Source: Candidatus Omnitrophota bacterium (lineage in GTDB: Bacteria > Omnitrophota > Gorgyraeia > Zapsychrales > Fredricksoniimonadaceae). From it: a stretch of 64,000 nucleotides of DNA. Every line of letters starts with the position of its first letter. Positions within the stretch are counted from its first letter, which is position 1. Made by a program: the position numbers and the translations under genes. Where the stretch lies: the NCBI GenBank assembly GCA_903860135.1, contig CAIOPG010000004.1:85558-149557 (forward strand), read 5' to 3'. Below are positions 39,556 to 49,458 of the stretch, piece after piece. The notes beneath the pieces were generated by a model. The model saw nothing but the letters and a program-made list of their open reading frames with translations. It was not told the DNA's origin and made no database searches.

Positions 39556-40857
39556 CTATAGATTTATTTGCCGTGTTTTCTCGCTCAACCGCTCACGCAG
39601 GACGGCAAATGCGCCGGGAGGCTCGTTGCAAGGGACCCAGCAGGCATGGAGGCCGCCGTGGATCGCCTCAACAGGTTTTTGCTTATCGTCATACAGCGCA
39701 TCGACCCTCAGAACGACATCCTTGTCCGGCAAACACAGCTCATAAGAACCACCTTTACAGATCGGATTGCGCGGCTCGATCTGCATCAGCTTCTTGACCG
39801 GATCATAAGCCCGAACAATCCCCGTAAAACGATATAGCAACGACACAGACAATCCGGAATCATAATTCAGTGCCGCAGCGCCCGGATTCCCGTGCAGGAA
39901 ACCTGTTGTGAACCCGCGGCTCGATGTTGCCAAGACCTCCCTCAGGCCTTGTGGGTCAAACGGCTTGCCGGCCTCAAGATCATCGATCGCCCGGCGATAC
40001 GCGCGCGTGATCATGGCCACATAATAAACTGATTTGGAACGGCCTTCGACCTTGAAACTATGAACCCCCGCCGCCACCAGCGCGTTCAAATGTTCGATCA
40101 GGCACAGGTCCTTCGCATTCATCAGATAGGTCCCGTTGCTGTCTTCATCCACGGGCATCATCGCCCCCGGGCGCTTGCTTTCTTCCAGATAAAATGCATC
40201 AGTCAAGGCCGAATGTTCGTCTTGCGGCTGATCTTTTCTAAACACCTTGTACGGCCACCGGCAGGAGTTGGTGCACGCCCCCTGGTTCGAATCGCGCCCG
40301 ACCAGATAACTGGAGATCAGGCAACGCCCGGAATAAGCGATGCAGATCGCGCCATGCACAAAAGACTCCAGCTCGACCTCAGGGCAATGCTCCCGGATCT
40401 CGCGAATCTCGCCCGCATTCAATTCTCGCGAAAGGATGATCCGCCGGACCCCCATCTTTTGCCAGAAGGTCACGGTGGCATGATTGACCGTGTTGGCCTG
40501 GACAGACAAATGAATGGCCGCCTGGGGATGATTTTCACGCATGAGCATGATCAGCCCCGGATCTGACATGATCCACGCATCGGGCTGACAAAGCTTCAGC
40601 GTCGCCCCGATAGATTTGAGGCAGGGATTGATCTTGCTATTGTGAGGAAAGATATTGGCCGTCACATAGGCCTTTTTACCGAGGCCATGGGCGTAATGAA
40701 CAGCCTCAGCGACGTCTTCAAGTTTCCTGAACCCGTTCTCACGCGCCCGCAAAGAAAACGAAGGCATCCCCAGATAAACCGCATCGGCCCCAAACGCCAG
40801 GGCAAAGCGCAGTTTCTCCAAATTTCCCGCTGGCATTAAAAGTTCGATATTACCCAT
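39556..40857 (-). CDS. U32-family peptidase (collagenase-like, YhbU/RlhA type)
   Basis: Peptidase U32 core with the conserved E-x-F-x-H-G-A region (ESFVHGAICIAYSGRC). Confidence 0.8.
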   Translation of the reverse strand: MGNIELLMPAGNLEKLRFALAFGADAVYLGMPSFSLRARENGFRKLEDVAEAVHYAHGLGKKAYVTANIFPHNSKINPCLKSIGATLKLCQPDAWIMSDPGLIMLMRENHPQAAIHLSVQANTVNHATVTFWQKMGVRRIILSRELNAGEIREIREHCPEVELESFVHGAICIAYSGRCLISSYLVGRDSNQGACTNSCRWPYKVFRKDQPQDEHSALTDAFYLEESKRPGAMMPVDEDSNGTYLMNAKDLCLIEHLNALVAAGVHSFKVEGRSKSVYYVAMITRAYRRAIDDLEAGKPFDPQGLREVLATSSRGFTTGFLHGNPGAAALNYDSGLSVSLLYRFTGIVRAYDPVKKLMQIEPRNPICKGGSYELCLPDKDVVLRVDALYDDKQKPVEAIHGGLHACWVPCNEPPGAFAVLRERLSEKTRQINL

Positions 40858-40914
40858 AGCAAAATTCCTCATCCCTGTTTTCTCCCTCAAGATCAATGCG
40901 CCCGACGTCAGTCA

Positions 40915-42498
40915 TCACATTTCAGTTATATGGACCTCAGCGGCTGTCTTCTGCACAGGAAAAAGAAGCGCAACAGGAATAAGGGCCAGAAACATGAACA
41001 TCAGCAAGAAAGAAATATCATTATAAGCGATCATCTCTGCCTGTTTGGTGACCAACCCGTTGATGAGTGCCAGCGACGCCGGATAAGACTGCCCCATGCT
41101 CAAGCCATGCGCGTGAAGAAGCCCGACGGCCTGTCGATACATGGTGACCGCTTGAACATGCCAAGCATTAATATGTGTTGCCAAAAACGCATGGTGGATC
41201 TGCGTGTAACGTTCGAGTAAAGTCGCCATCAGGGCATACCCGATGTTCCCGCCTACCTGTTGAAATAAATTGAACAACCCTGCCGCCGACGTCATGTTTT
41301 CCCTGGAAATAGTGCTTAGGCTGACCGTCGACAAGGTGACAAAGACAAACGGCATCCCGGCACCCATAATAAAAAGGATCGGCATAATATTATCCTGCCC
41401 TGCGGTCGTAGCTAAATGCCCCAGCTGGAAATAGGAAAAGGCAACGACCAGCATACCAAAGACCATCAAGCCACGGGAATCAACCAGATTATACAATCTC
41501 CCCACGATCGGCAAAACACACAAGAGCGCCAACGCACGCGGCATGAGGACGAGCCCTGCCTGAAATGCCGGGTAATTCAACAGCCGTTGCGTAAACTGCG
41601 GCAAAATAAAAGTCGTGCCATAAAGCGCAATGCCCATCAAAAGGATAATAACAACACCCATGGAAAACTGGGGGTTCTTGAAGATATGAAAATCCACGAC
41701 GGGTTCTTTGGATATAAAAAGTTCCCAGTACACCATGCCAGCCAGGATCAACACCGTAACAACTGTGCCCCAGAGAATAAGCGGCGACCCGAACCAGCTC
41801 ATCTCCTGTCCGCGTTGAAGGATCGTTTGAAGGCCTGTTAAACCAAGAGACAAAAGAAGAATGCCCATCGTGTCGATCGATTTAATGCCCCGTTTCAAGT
41901 AAGCCGGGTCATGGACAAAAAGAAAAACCATGATCATGCCCAGAATGCTAAAGGGGATGTTGATGTAAAAGATCCACGGCCAGCCGTAATGATCCGTAAG
42001 CCAGCCACCAGCCACAGGACCGATCGCCGGCGCCACCACAACGCCCATCGAAAAGATTGCCATGGCCATCCCCTGCTCTTTCTTGGGAAAAGTCTCTCTC
42101 AGGATAGCTTGCGAAATAGGGATGAGACTGCCTCCGCCAATACCTTGAAGCACACGGTACAGGATCATCTCGGGAAATGTATGCGCAGTTCCCGCAAGGA
42201 TCGAACCGACGGTAAAAATAGCAAAGGAAATAAGATAAAGCTTTTTTCGTCCCAGTAACGCCGTCCACCATCCGGCCATCGTGACCATGATGACCGCCGC
42301 GATACTGTACGCTGTCGCGATCCAGGTGATGGCCGACAGGTTCTGCCCGAAACTGCCCATCATGTGCGGCAACGCCACGTTGACAATGCTAACATCCATC
42401 ACGGACATGAAAGCCCCGACCATGACGGCCGCGCACACAAGCCACTTGTTGGGATTATGGTCTTTCTTGCCGCGTAGCCATTTCAGGAAAAACGCCAT
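40915..42498 (-). CDS. MFS transporter, DHA2 (EmrB) family, second paralogue
   Basis: 527 aa, 14 TM. Clear paralogue of the 14478-16034 gene. Confidence 0.85.
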   Translation of the reverse strand: MAFFLKWLRGKKDHNPNKWLVCAAVMVGAFMSVMDVSIVNVALPHMMGSFGQNLSAITWIATAYSIAAVIMVTMAGWWTALLGRKKLYLISFAIFTVGSILAGTAHTFPEMILYRVLQGIGGGSLIPISQAILRETFPKKEQGMAMAIFSMGVVVAPAIGPVAGGWLTDHYGWPWIFYINIPFSILGMIMVFLFVHDPAYLKRGIKSIDTMGILLLSLGLTGLQTILQRGQEMSWFGSPLILWGTVVTVLILAGMVYWELFISKEPVVDFHIFKNPQFSMGVVIILLMGIALYGTTFILPQFTQRLLNYPAFQAGLVLMPRALALLCVLPIVGRLYNLVDSRGLMVFGMLVVAFSYFQLGHLATTAGQDNIMPILFIMGAGMPFVFVTLSTVSLSTISRENMTSAAGLFNLFQQVGGNIGYALMATLLERYTQIHHAFLATHINAWHVQAVTMYRQAVGLLHAHGLSMGQSYPASLALINGLVTKQAEMIAYNDISFLLMFMFLALIPVALLFPVQKTAAEVHITEM

Positions 42499-42509
42499 AA
42501 AACCACTGT

Positions 42510-43397
42510 TCAGTTAGTCTCAATTGTGGGAAGAACGGACATGCCCAGTGCCAGCGGCTTATCTAGGCTGACAGCGTCATCAAAGACGATCTTAACAGGT
42601 ACGCGCTGGATAACCTTGATATAATTCCCGGTTGCGTTCTCAGCCGGCAGAAGGCTGAAACGTGATCCGGTCCCATGCTGGATGCTGTCCACATGCCCAT
42701 GGAAAACCTTGCCCGGATAAGCATCGACGGAGAACAGCACCTTGGCACCAGGATGAATATGTGTCATTTGGGTTTCTTTGAAATTGGCCGTGATCCATCT
42801 GCCCGCAGGCACGATCGCCAGCAATGTTTGGCCTTGCTGGACATAAGCTCCCGGCTCAACTGCTTTTTGGGCAACCTGCCCGTCTTCGGGCGCCCGAATT
42901 CTGGTATAAGATAAATCAAGTTCTGCCTGTTCCAGTCGGGCCTTGGCACCATCCAACTTGGCCTGGGCTGTGTCCACGCGCAAGGTTGATCGTTCATACT
43001 GTTGCACGGAAATATCCTTTTTAACCCACAGGTCACGGTAGCGGCGCGCATCCTGGTTGGCCTGTTTAAACTCGGCAAAAGCCTCTTTCAAGTCGGCCGT
43101 AGCCAGATCCACACGCACACCGTAATCACGGCGATCAATTTCGAATAAAGTTTGCCCGCCTTTAACCATTTCATTATCAACCACACCAACCTTGACAACG
43201 TGTCCTGACACCTTCGGGCTAACAGCAATCACATGACCGTCAATGAACGCGTCATCCGTCGATTCATGCCCGGAGGCGTATGAAATAGCCCAATAACACA
43301 GGACGCAGACCCCCAGGACGCCGACGCCCAACACAACGCGCCAACGCTGATCCATGCCATAAAATTTCTTAACAACTTTATTGTGCATACATGCCAC
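42510..43397 (-). CDS. HlyD/EmrA-family membrane fusion protein, second paralogue
   Basis: N-terminal TM plus HlyD_D23 domains. Confidence 0.8.
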   Translation of the reverse strand: MACMHNKVVKKFYGMDQRWRVVLGVGVLGVCVLCYWAISYASGHESTDDAFIDGHVIAVSPKVSGHVVKVGVVDNEMVKGGQTLFEIDRRDYGVRVDLATADLKEAFAEFKQANQDARRYRDLWVKKDISVQQYERSTLRVDTAQAKLDGAKARLEQAELDLSYTRIRAPEDGQVAQKAVEPGAYVQQGQTLLAIVPAGRWITANFKETQMTHIHPGAKVLFSVDAYPGKVFHGHVDSIQHGTGSRFSLLPAENATGNYIKVIQRVPVKIVFDDAVSLDKPLALGMSVLPTIETN

Positions 43398-43404
43398 CTG
43401 TTTT

Positions 43405-44760
43405 TTAGCTATGCGTTAACTGAAACATTTTAATATGGCCGACGGCGGAGTAGTAATTGACCCTGCTCATATGATATTTAGCCAAGACGCTGACGTAAGA
43501 CTCGCGTGCGCGCTCCAGAATAGTATGCGCATCGATAAGTTCAATATTATTCGCCAGACCGTCGGCGTACTGATCTTTGGCTAAATTCTCCTGTTCTATG
43601 GCCAGGTCCAATTCTTCCTGGGCCGCTTTAACCTGCAGCGTACTTGTTCCCAGTGCCTGCACCGCCAAGCGCACATCTTCTTCAACCTGAGCTTGGATAT
43701 CATCTCGTTGGATCTCTTCCTGAACTTTCTGGCTCTGGCTTTCTTTGATCTGGCCTTCGATAAGACCACCTTCAAAAACAGGCACACTGACACGCATGCC
43801 GATTTGAGCAACATCATGGATCTGCCGATGGGGTTCAGCGCCGGATCTGCCATAATTGCCAGTGACTTCAACACTGGGAAGCCTGGCCTGCCTAGCTTTG
43901 GACAACTCAACCTGGCGATATGCAACCTTCCTGTTAGCCATCTTCATTTCAAGGCGGTCTTTAAATGCCACCTCGATCGCGTTGTCAGTGGCAGGCATCG
44001 GCTCCGCATCGAACCCGAGCGATTCACCGAGCGTTATCTCACTGCCCAGGGACACGCCGGTGATGCGCGCCAACTGCAAGCAGGCCGCTTGAAAACGCTC
44101 CACTGTCTCAAGTCTACGGGCATTTTCTTGAGCCAACCGCGTCCTGGCCCTCACAAGATCCAATTTGGTCACAATCCCGGCTTGGAGCTGATGATCGGCC
44201 AGATCCACTAATTCACGGGCCAGCAGAATATCCTGTTCAATGGCTTTCAGGTGCTCCTTGGCACTCAAGACGTCCAGATACGCAAGCGCAGCGCTAACGG
44301 TGATTTGATCGCGGGTCAGGTCATCTTGCAAGCGTGCGATCATGACATCCAGATCAGCGGCCTTTAGCTTGGAAAACGCCGCGAGATCAAAAACACGCGC
44401 GATCAGGTAAACCCTCGTGTCGAACGAATTGTAAGGACCAACCACACCGAAATCCGGAAAACCGGCCGCCGCATAGTTATCCCAATAGGTCCGTGACTGA
44501 GAGGCGCTGACAGTCACATGCGGCAGGAGGTCGGAGCGATCCTGAATCCGGCGCGCCTTGGCCGCATTCACGCGCTCATAAGCCAGCCTTTTTAACACAT
44601 TATTGGTCAAGGCACGCTCAATAGCCTGCGACAGGCTCATGGTGATCGTCGTGCCCCTGTCATTGAGCTCTTCTGTCGTCGACACGGCGCCGAAGCCCAT
44701 GCTGCTGAAAGCTGCGCCCCATGAACAGCTGAGGGCCATGACTATAATTATTTTCTTCAT
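43405..44760 (-). CDS. TolC-family outer membrane protein, second paralogue
   Basis: Signal peptide. OEP repeats. Confidence 0.8.
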   Translation of the reverse strand: MKKIIIVMALSCSWGAAFSSMGFGAVSTTEELNDRGTTITMSLSQAIERALTNNVLKRLAYERVNAAKARRIQDRSDLLPHVTVSASQSRTYWDNYAAAGFPDFGVVGPYNSFDTRVYLIARVFDLAAFSKLKAADLDVMIARLQDDLTRDQITVSAALAYLDVLSAKEHLKAIEQDILLARELVDLADHQLQAGIVTKLDLVRARTRLAQENARRLETVERFQAACLQLARITGVSLGSEITLGESLGFDAEPMPATDNAIEVAFKDRLEMKMANRKVAYRQVELSKARQARLPSVEVTGNYGRSGAEPHRQIHDVAQIGMRVSVPVFEGGLIEGQIKESQSQKVQEEIQRDDIQAQVEEDVRLAVQALGTSTLQVKAAQEELDLAIEQENLAKDQYADGLANNIELIDAHTILERARESYVSVLAKYHMSRVNYYSAVGHIKMFQLTHS

Positions 44761-44768
44761 ATGATTCT

Positions 44769-45335
44769 CTATCCTCGCGCCCCCTGGATGGCGGTCCTTA
44801 ATTTCTCGAGCAAACGATTGAACGTCTTTTTATCTTCTAGGCTTAAACCAGCAAAAATGCTGGCGATGACCGCGTGATAATCGGGAAGAAAAGCATCCAA
44901 AAGGGATTCCCCTTTCTTTGTTATCCTGGCAATACAGACGCGCCGGTCTTTGGCATCATAAACGCGCTCAACCCAACCCTGCTTGATCAAACTGTTCACC
45001 AATCCGGTTACATTGGCGCGGCTGACCAGTAAAAGGCGGCTGATCTGATTATGCTGACACCCCTTGCCTTCACTGCTCCGCAAGATCGTAAGCACGTTCA
45101 ATCCGGCCCTGGTCAAGCCTTGTGCGCTTGTTTGATGCGACAAATGGGCCGACATGGACTCAATGGTATAAATAAAATTAAGGAACGTTTCCGCCGTGGA
45201 AGAAGAAATCTTCCCGTACCGCCGGCTCGATTCCCGAAAACGCTCCCACGCTTTCTCAACGCGGCGCGGGTCATTATTTGCTTTATCCAAGTTTTTCATA
45301 GACGTGTATCTTAAAACGCCCGCACTTATTGTCAA
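44769..45335 (-). CDS. MarR-family transcriptional regulator (EmrR-like position, heading the efflux operon)
   Basis: Winged-HTH region (ISRLLLVSRANVTGLVNSLIKQGWVERVYDAKDRRV). The true start may be the Met at 45299. Confidence 0.75.
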   Translation of the reverse strand: MTISAGVLRYTSMKNLDKANNDPRRVEKAWERFRESSRRYGKISSSTAETFLNFIYTIESMSAHLSHQTSAQGLTRAGLNVLTILRSSEGKGCQHNQISRLLLVSRANVTGLVNSLIKQGWVERVYDAKDRRVCIARITKKGESLLDAFLPDYHAVIASIFAGLSLEDKKTFNRLLEKLRTAIQGARG

Positions 45336-45421
45336 GCAATTAACTGTTAATGACTAAACTATTTTGGCTAAAAATGAACGTGCTCGCAGAAGGATGGTCG
45401 ATGTCATCGGTGCCAATTAAC

Positions 45422-46567
45422 TCACGGCTTAAAGAACTCATTGCCCCAAAGCTTCTCAAGAAAGGTTTCCCATGGCAAAGCGATTATCCCGGGAGCGATC
45501 CGCCGTGGCTCCTTTTCCAGTGAAACAATGCAGGCGTGTCTTACAGGCCCATCTTGAAGCAACGTCGAAAGAACGCGCGCATCGCCTTCATGGACCCGCG
45601 CCGAAGACTTAACCTCAATAGCAAGTTCTTTATCCCCCAGAATAAAATCAACTTCCTGCCCTGAACTTGTACGCCAATAGCTCAACGGCAGATCGGGGTA
45701 ACAATACGCCTGAAAAGCACAAAGCTCCATAAAAATAAAATGCTCGAATGATTTTCCAAAGTCAGCATTACCCTGCTGTGGATGCCGGCCGGCCAGATGG
45801 TTAGCAACACCCACATCAAAAAGATAGAACTTTTCCGTTTGGATCATCCGGCGGTTCGCCGACTTCTTCCAGGGTGCCAGCCTCCGGCCGAGATGCGTAT
45901 CTTCAAGAATGCTAAAATAGTTGCGTACGATATTATGTTTGACCCCCGTCTCACGGGCGATATTGACATAATTGATCAGTTCACTCGATGTCAGCGCCGC
46001 CACCCGCAAAAACTCATTGAACGCCGGGATATTTTGCGTCAACGCTTCAGCGGCGATCTCCTCTTTTAGATAATCAGCAAAATAAGCCCTCAAATCCTCC
46101 GCCGGTGCTGTCGAAAGGATATGCGGGGGCAAAAGCCCGGACCTCATCACGCGTTCAAGATCAAACCCCTGTATTTCACTCCAGGACAACGGGCACATGG
46201 ACCTGCGCCACGCCCGTCCCCCAAGCATATTGGCATGACCACGTTTAAGCTTGCGCGCGCTTGATCCGGTCAAAAGAAAAGAGGCTCCCCGGTTTTCGAT
46301 CATCCAGTGGACCTCATCCAGCAAGGCAGGAACCTTCTGTACCTCGTCGATCACAAGCAGACCCTTGTGATCGTAGTACCTTTCTCGAAGCAACGCTGGC
46401 CGCGAAGAATAATCCGCAAACACATCGGTCTTCAAAAGATCGATGACCTTGGCTTGCGGCAAATGATGTTTGATCCAGTAACTTTTACCTGTCTTACGCG
46501 GCCCCCAAAGGAACGCCGACTTGCCATTGGGAAGATCAAGCTTGAACTGTCTTTGGATAATTTTCAT
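45422..46567 (-). CDS. AAA+ ATPase with C-terminal DUF4143 domain
   Basis: Walker A (LWGPRKTGKS) and Walker B (LLVIDEVQ). C-terminal DUF4143-like region. Confidence 0.8.
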   Translation of the reverse strand: MKIIQRQFKLDLPNGKSAFLWGPRKTGKSYWIKHHLPQAKVIDLLKTDVFADYSSRPALLRERYYDHKGLLVIDEVQKVPALLDEVHWMIENRGASFLLTGSSARKLKRGHANMLGGRAWRRSMCPLSWSEIQGFDLERVMRSGLLPPHILSTAPAEDLRAYFADYLKEEIAAEALTQNIPAFNEFLRVAALTSSELINYVNIARETGVKHNIVRNYFSILEDTHLGRRLAPWKKSANRRMIQTEKFYLFDVGVANHLAGRHPQQGNADFGKSFEHFIFMELCAFQAYCYPDLPLSYWRTSSGQEVDFILGDKELAIEVKSSARVHEGDARVLSTLLQDGPVRHACIVSLEKEPRRIAPGIIALPWETFLEKLWGNEFFKP

Positions 46568-47092
46568 AGTAGATGAAGTTTATCCGGATAAACTCATGTT
46601 GTCAATAAATTTATCCCCTGCACTAAGACTACGGCGTTAAGGATAAATTATTGCTTTGTTGTATTAACCCGGATTAAGCGAATAACACACCTCTCAAATT
46701 GTTTCTTAAACTTTTGCTATCTCATCACATCATCCCCAGAAACAACCCTTGGGGTCCTTTTTTACTTCAAGCATAGCCGCATCAAGGGATGCGTACTCCT
46801 CACCTGACAGGTTTATGTCCGCTTCATGTCGGGTTTGTCGGGTTTATGTCGGGTTAAGATATACTGCGTATTGCGACCAGTCTTTCCGATACCGGGAATT
46901 CATTTCACTGACGCGACCTTCTCTTTCCCTTTGTGTGTTAAACGATATTTCTGCAAACGACTGGGGCCTCCACTGGGCCCCAGATTGCTCCACTTCTCAA
47001 CATGCCGACAAGAAAGTGAATCTCGCGTCAACCAGTTACGCAGACATTTCCCAGCCCTTAAATACTCCCCATTTATGTAAATAATATCTGCG

Positions 47093-47130
47093 GAAATTTA
47101 TTCCGCTAAGTTTCCGCTAAATTTCCGCTA
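47093..47130. repeat. Tandem iteron-like repeat (tttccgctaa x3) inside a 1.5-kb non-coding region
   Basis: ttccgctaagtttccgctaaatttccgctaa. Nearby: gaccgtgcagt x2 (47459-47481), atcgtgcc/atcatgcc variants (47330-47375) and tgattattg x2. Confidence 0.7.
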
Positions 47131-47326
47131 ACACATACGCGGTGTTTCTATCACCCGTCCCGACTTTCTTGACAAGCCCCTTTTCAGCCATCGCAGACAA
47201 ATCATTCCGAGCCGTCCTAATGACCAAGTCCTTACCATTTACCAATCGCGACAATCTGTCACGATTATTGTCGTGATTATTGCCGTACGACCTGACCACC
47301 ACCGTGCAGTACATGGCAAATCTCAA
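47117..47326 (-). pseudogene. Remnant encoding only a C-terminal winged-HTH, of the kind that ends many Fic-family proteins
   Basis: The 69-aa ORF ends ...RTARNDLSAMAEKGLVKKVGTGDRNTAYVLAEI, resembling the Fic-family C-terminal wHTH. No upstream catalytic domain remains. Confidence 0.3.
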
Positions 47327-47961
47327 TCCGAACTAATCGTGCCGTAATCATGCCATAATCGTGCCATTGTAGTGCTCGAGTCATTGACTCCATTTGTATC
47401 TCAGGCTCCGGCCACTGACAACGCCTTCTGCCAACCTTTTCTAACCACCAACTTCAAGACCGTGCAGTGACCGTGCAGTCGAATATCAGGAAGCTAATTC
47501 ATACCTAATAAGGCTCCCGCTACCAATTCGCCTAAAAACTCGCTTAGCTATAAGATCACTTTTATTCGCCTAATTAAAGTTCGAATGAAGGTCTTGTAGT
47601 CCAGAAATTTAGAAGTTAAAAGATTCATTATTTAATTATGAATCCACTCTCTGAATCCGTACTCAAAAATCTAGATCACAAAATAAACTTCTTGCCTCTC
47701 TGCCATCAAGAATACCACCCGCTCTGGAGGGATTTAAACCGTTCTCTCTAGTTTACGACCATATTACCGACGGTAGAAGCCCGCCCTATATAAGTATTAT
47801 TGCTTAAACTAGCGACCAGAAACTAGGAGAGGATTGGGTTGTTTCTGGCAACAATATTTGCCTTTAGCGCTCTCTATTTGTCGACGGAGATAAGATGGCA
47901 GGAAGAATCGAATATCGACGAGAAATACAATGCCGTAACCATTTGAAACGTCGCAAGAAAG

Positions 47962-47998
47962 TGTGGTGGGCTACAGGACGTATTCCGCAACCCGACCG
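47962..47998 (+). repeat. 33-37-bp direct repeat, copy 1 (second copy at 54520-54556)
   Basis: ggtgggctacaggacgtattccgcaacccgacc identical at both sites. The sequence that follows is partly similar (gttcaa..gaa.tt.taacc). Confidence 0.8.
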
Positions 47999-48129
47999 AT
48001 GAGTTCAAGACAGAAGTTCTAACCTACACAGTACATTCCTCAAAACAGTTCAAACTGACTACAGCCTAATTTAACCCCGCGCTGTTAACCAATCATGCAG
48101 AAATCTTTCCAAGTGAGCTCCTTACAGCC

Positions 48130-49458
48130 TCATTTTGACGTCCCCGCTGAATCCACACAAGAATATGCCGCCAAAGGATCACACCCCTTAATGACAAGAA
48201 CAGCCCAAGCCCCTCCAATAGCACTCAAATTCCCAGCAGCCGGCGTTCGATTTTCATGACCTATTTCAGCATCCGACAAGGTGGCGTACGAAAAAGCCAG
48301 TCCGCCAGAGTCCGAGATAGCGAAGGTCCATAGTTGCCCCAACAATTTCTCTTTCTTTTGCTGATAGATCTCCGCCTTCTGGATCTCACCCAACCGCCTA
48401 TAATCACTCGCTAACCTACTATATGCATTGATCAATTGGAAAGTCCACTCGAAAGAAATCATTTGCGGCCGCTTCAACTCAGCCATTCGCTTCTTATCTG
48501 TAAAATCAACCCCACGGATAATGGCATCCCCCTTGCCCGGAACAGTAAAAGAACTCTCCGAAAAACAATTCTTCTCCACAAACTCAATCACTCTTTCTGC
48601 GGCCCCGGGCTCAATGCGATCCAAGCCCTCCACCCCCAATGCAGAAACTCCCCAACTCTGCACATCTGTGGCAACCGTTTCATCCTGATAACCACGGTTA
48701 AAACGATGCTCTGATTTATTCCAGGCGCCTGATTTAAGCCAATGCAGACAATCGGCAGCCGCTAATTGATATTTTGCTTTCCCCGTCGTCTGGAAAAGTT
48801 TATGGAATAACGCATAGGCATCAATAGTAACCTCTGTCGCATAAACCTGATAGAACTCCGGCTTCTCAACATCATACCCAATATGCTGATCGGCAGGATA
48901 GGCGGCATCTCCTTTAGGCCCTAAAGCTACTCCTCCAAAGTTGCCGCTTTGCTTATCAGTATTCTGCAGGGAAAGAGCGAAGTCTGCGATCTTCTCGGCA
49001 AGCTCTAAATACTTTTTGTCTCCGGTCTTCAAATAAAGATCAAAACCCGCCATCCCCATCCAGATATTGGCTCCACTGCGAACAGACCAATCCCTACCCG
49101 AGAAAGGTTTACCGGCGATATAACACTCAATGATCCCTCCCAACCGCCAAACTTCAGGAATCTCAATATAATAATCCAATATTTTTCTTGCCTCAGCATA
49201 TTTACCGGAAGCAGAATACGCCAATGCAACAACCGCGGCGTCATATGTGATCGTCCAATGCAGAAAACGCTCATCCCCCACATGACTGAACGGAAGACCA
49301 CTTTCCTGGTTACGATTAACCATTAACCACGTCAGAAAATGCTCGGAATCATGTGCCCTGCCAACATCGACAGTCGGTTCGACACAAAGCGCAGCTCCGC
49401 TCATAAGAAAGAACAAAAATCCACTCGTAATAAATCTTGTAAGGCCATGAGCCATCAT
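48130..49458 (-). CDS. Secreted hypothetical protein, possibly an (alpha/alpha)6-toroid glycoside-hydrolase-like fold
   Basis: Signal peptide. Helix-rich, with W/Y-rich repeats. 4-bp overlap with the upstream DUF4143 ATPase gene. Confidence 0.5.
   Translation of the reverse strand: MMAHGLTRFITSGFLFFLMSGAALCVEPTVDVGRAHDSEHFLTWLMVNRNQESGLPFSHVGDERFLHWTITYDAAVVALAYSASGKYAEARKILDYYIEIPEVWRLGGIIECYIAGKPFSGRDWSVRSGANIWMGMAGFDLYLKTGDKKYLELAEKIADFALSLQNTDKQSGNFGGVALGPKGDAAYPADQHIGYDVEKPEFYQVYATEVTIDAYALFHKLFQTTGKAKYQLAAADCLHWLKSGAWNKSEHRFNRGYQDETVATDVQSWGVSALGVEGLDRIEPGAAERVIEFVEKNCFSESSFTVPGKGDAIIRGVDFTDKKRMAELKRPQMISFEWTFQLINAYSRLASDYRRLGEIQKAEIYQQKKEKLLGQLWTFAISDSGGLAFSYATLSDAEIGHENRTPAAGNLSAIGGAWAVLVIKGCDPLAAYSCVDSAGTSK

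Noticed and set aside
47962-47998. The 33-bp repeat ggtgggctacaggacgtattccgcaacccgacc as a possible tRNA 3' fragment
   Set aside because: No T-loop (ATTCGAA/ATTTGAA on this strand) or T-stem can be formed. It does not align with the adjacent tRNA-His 3' half beyond the shared ggtgg.
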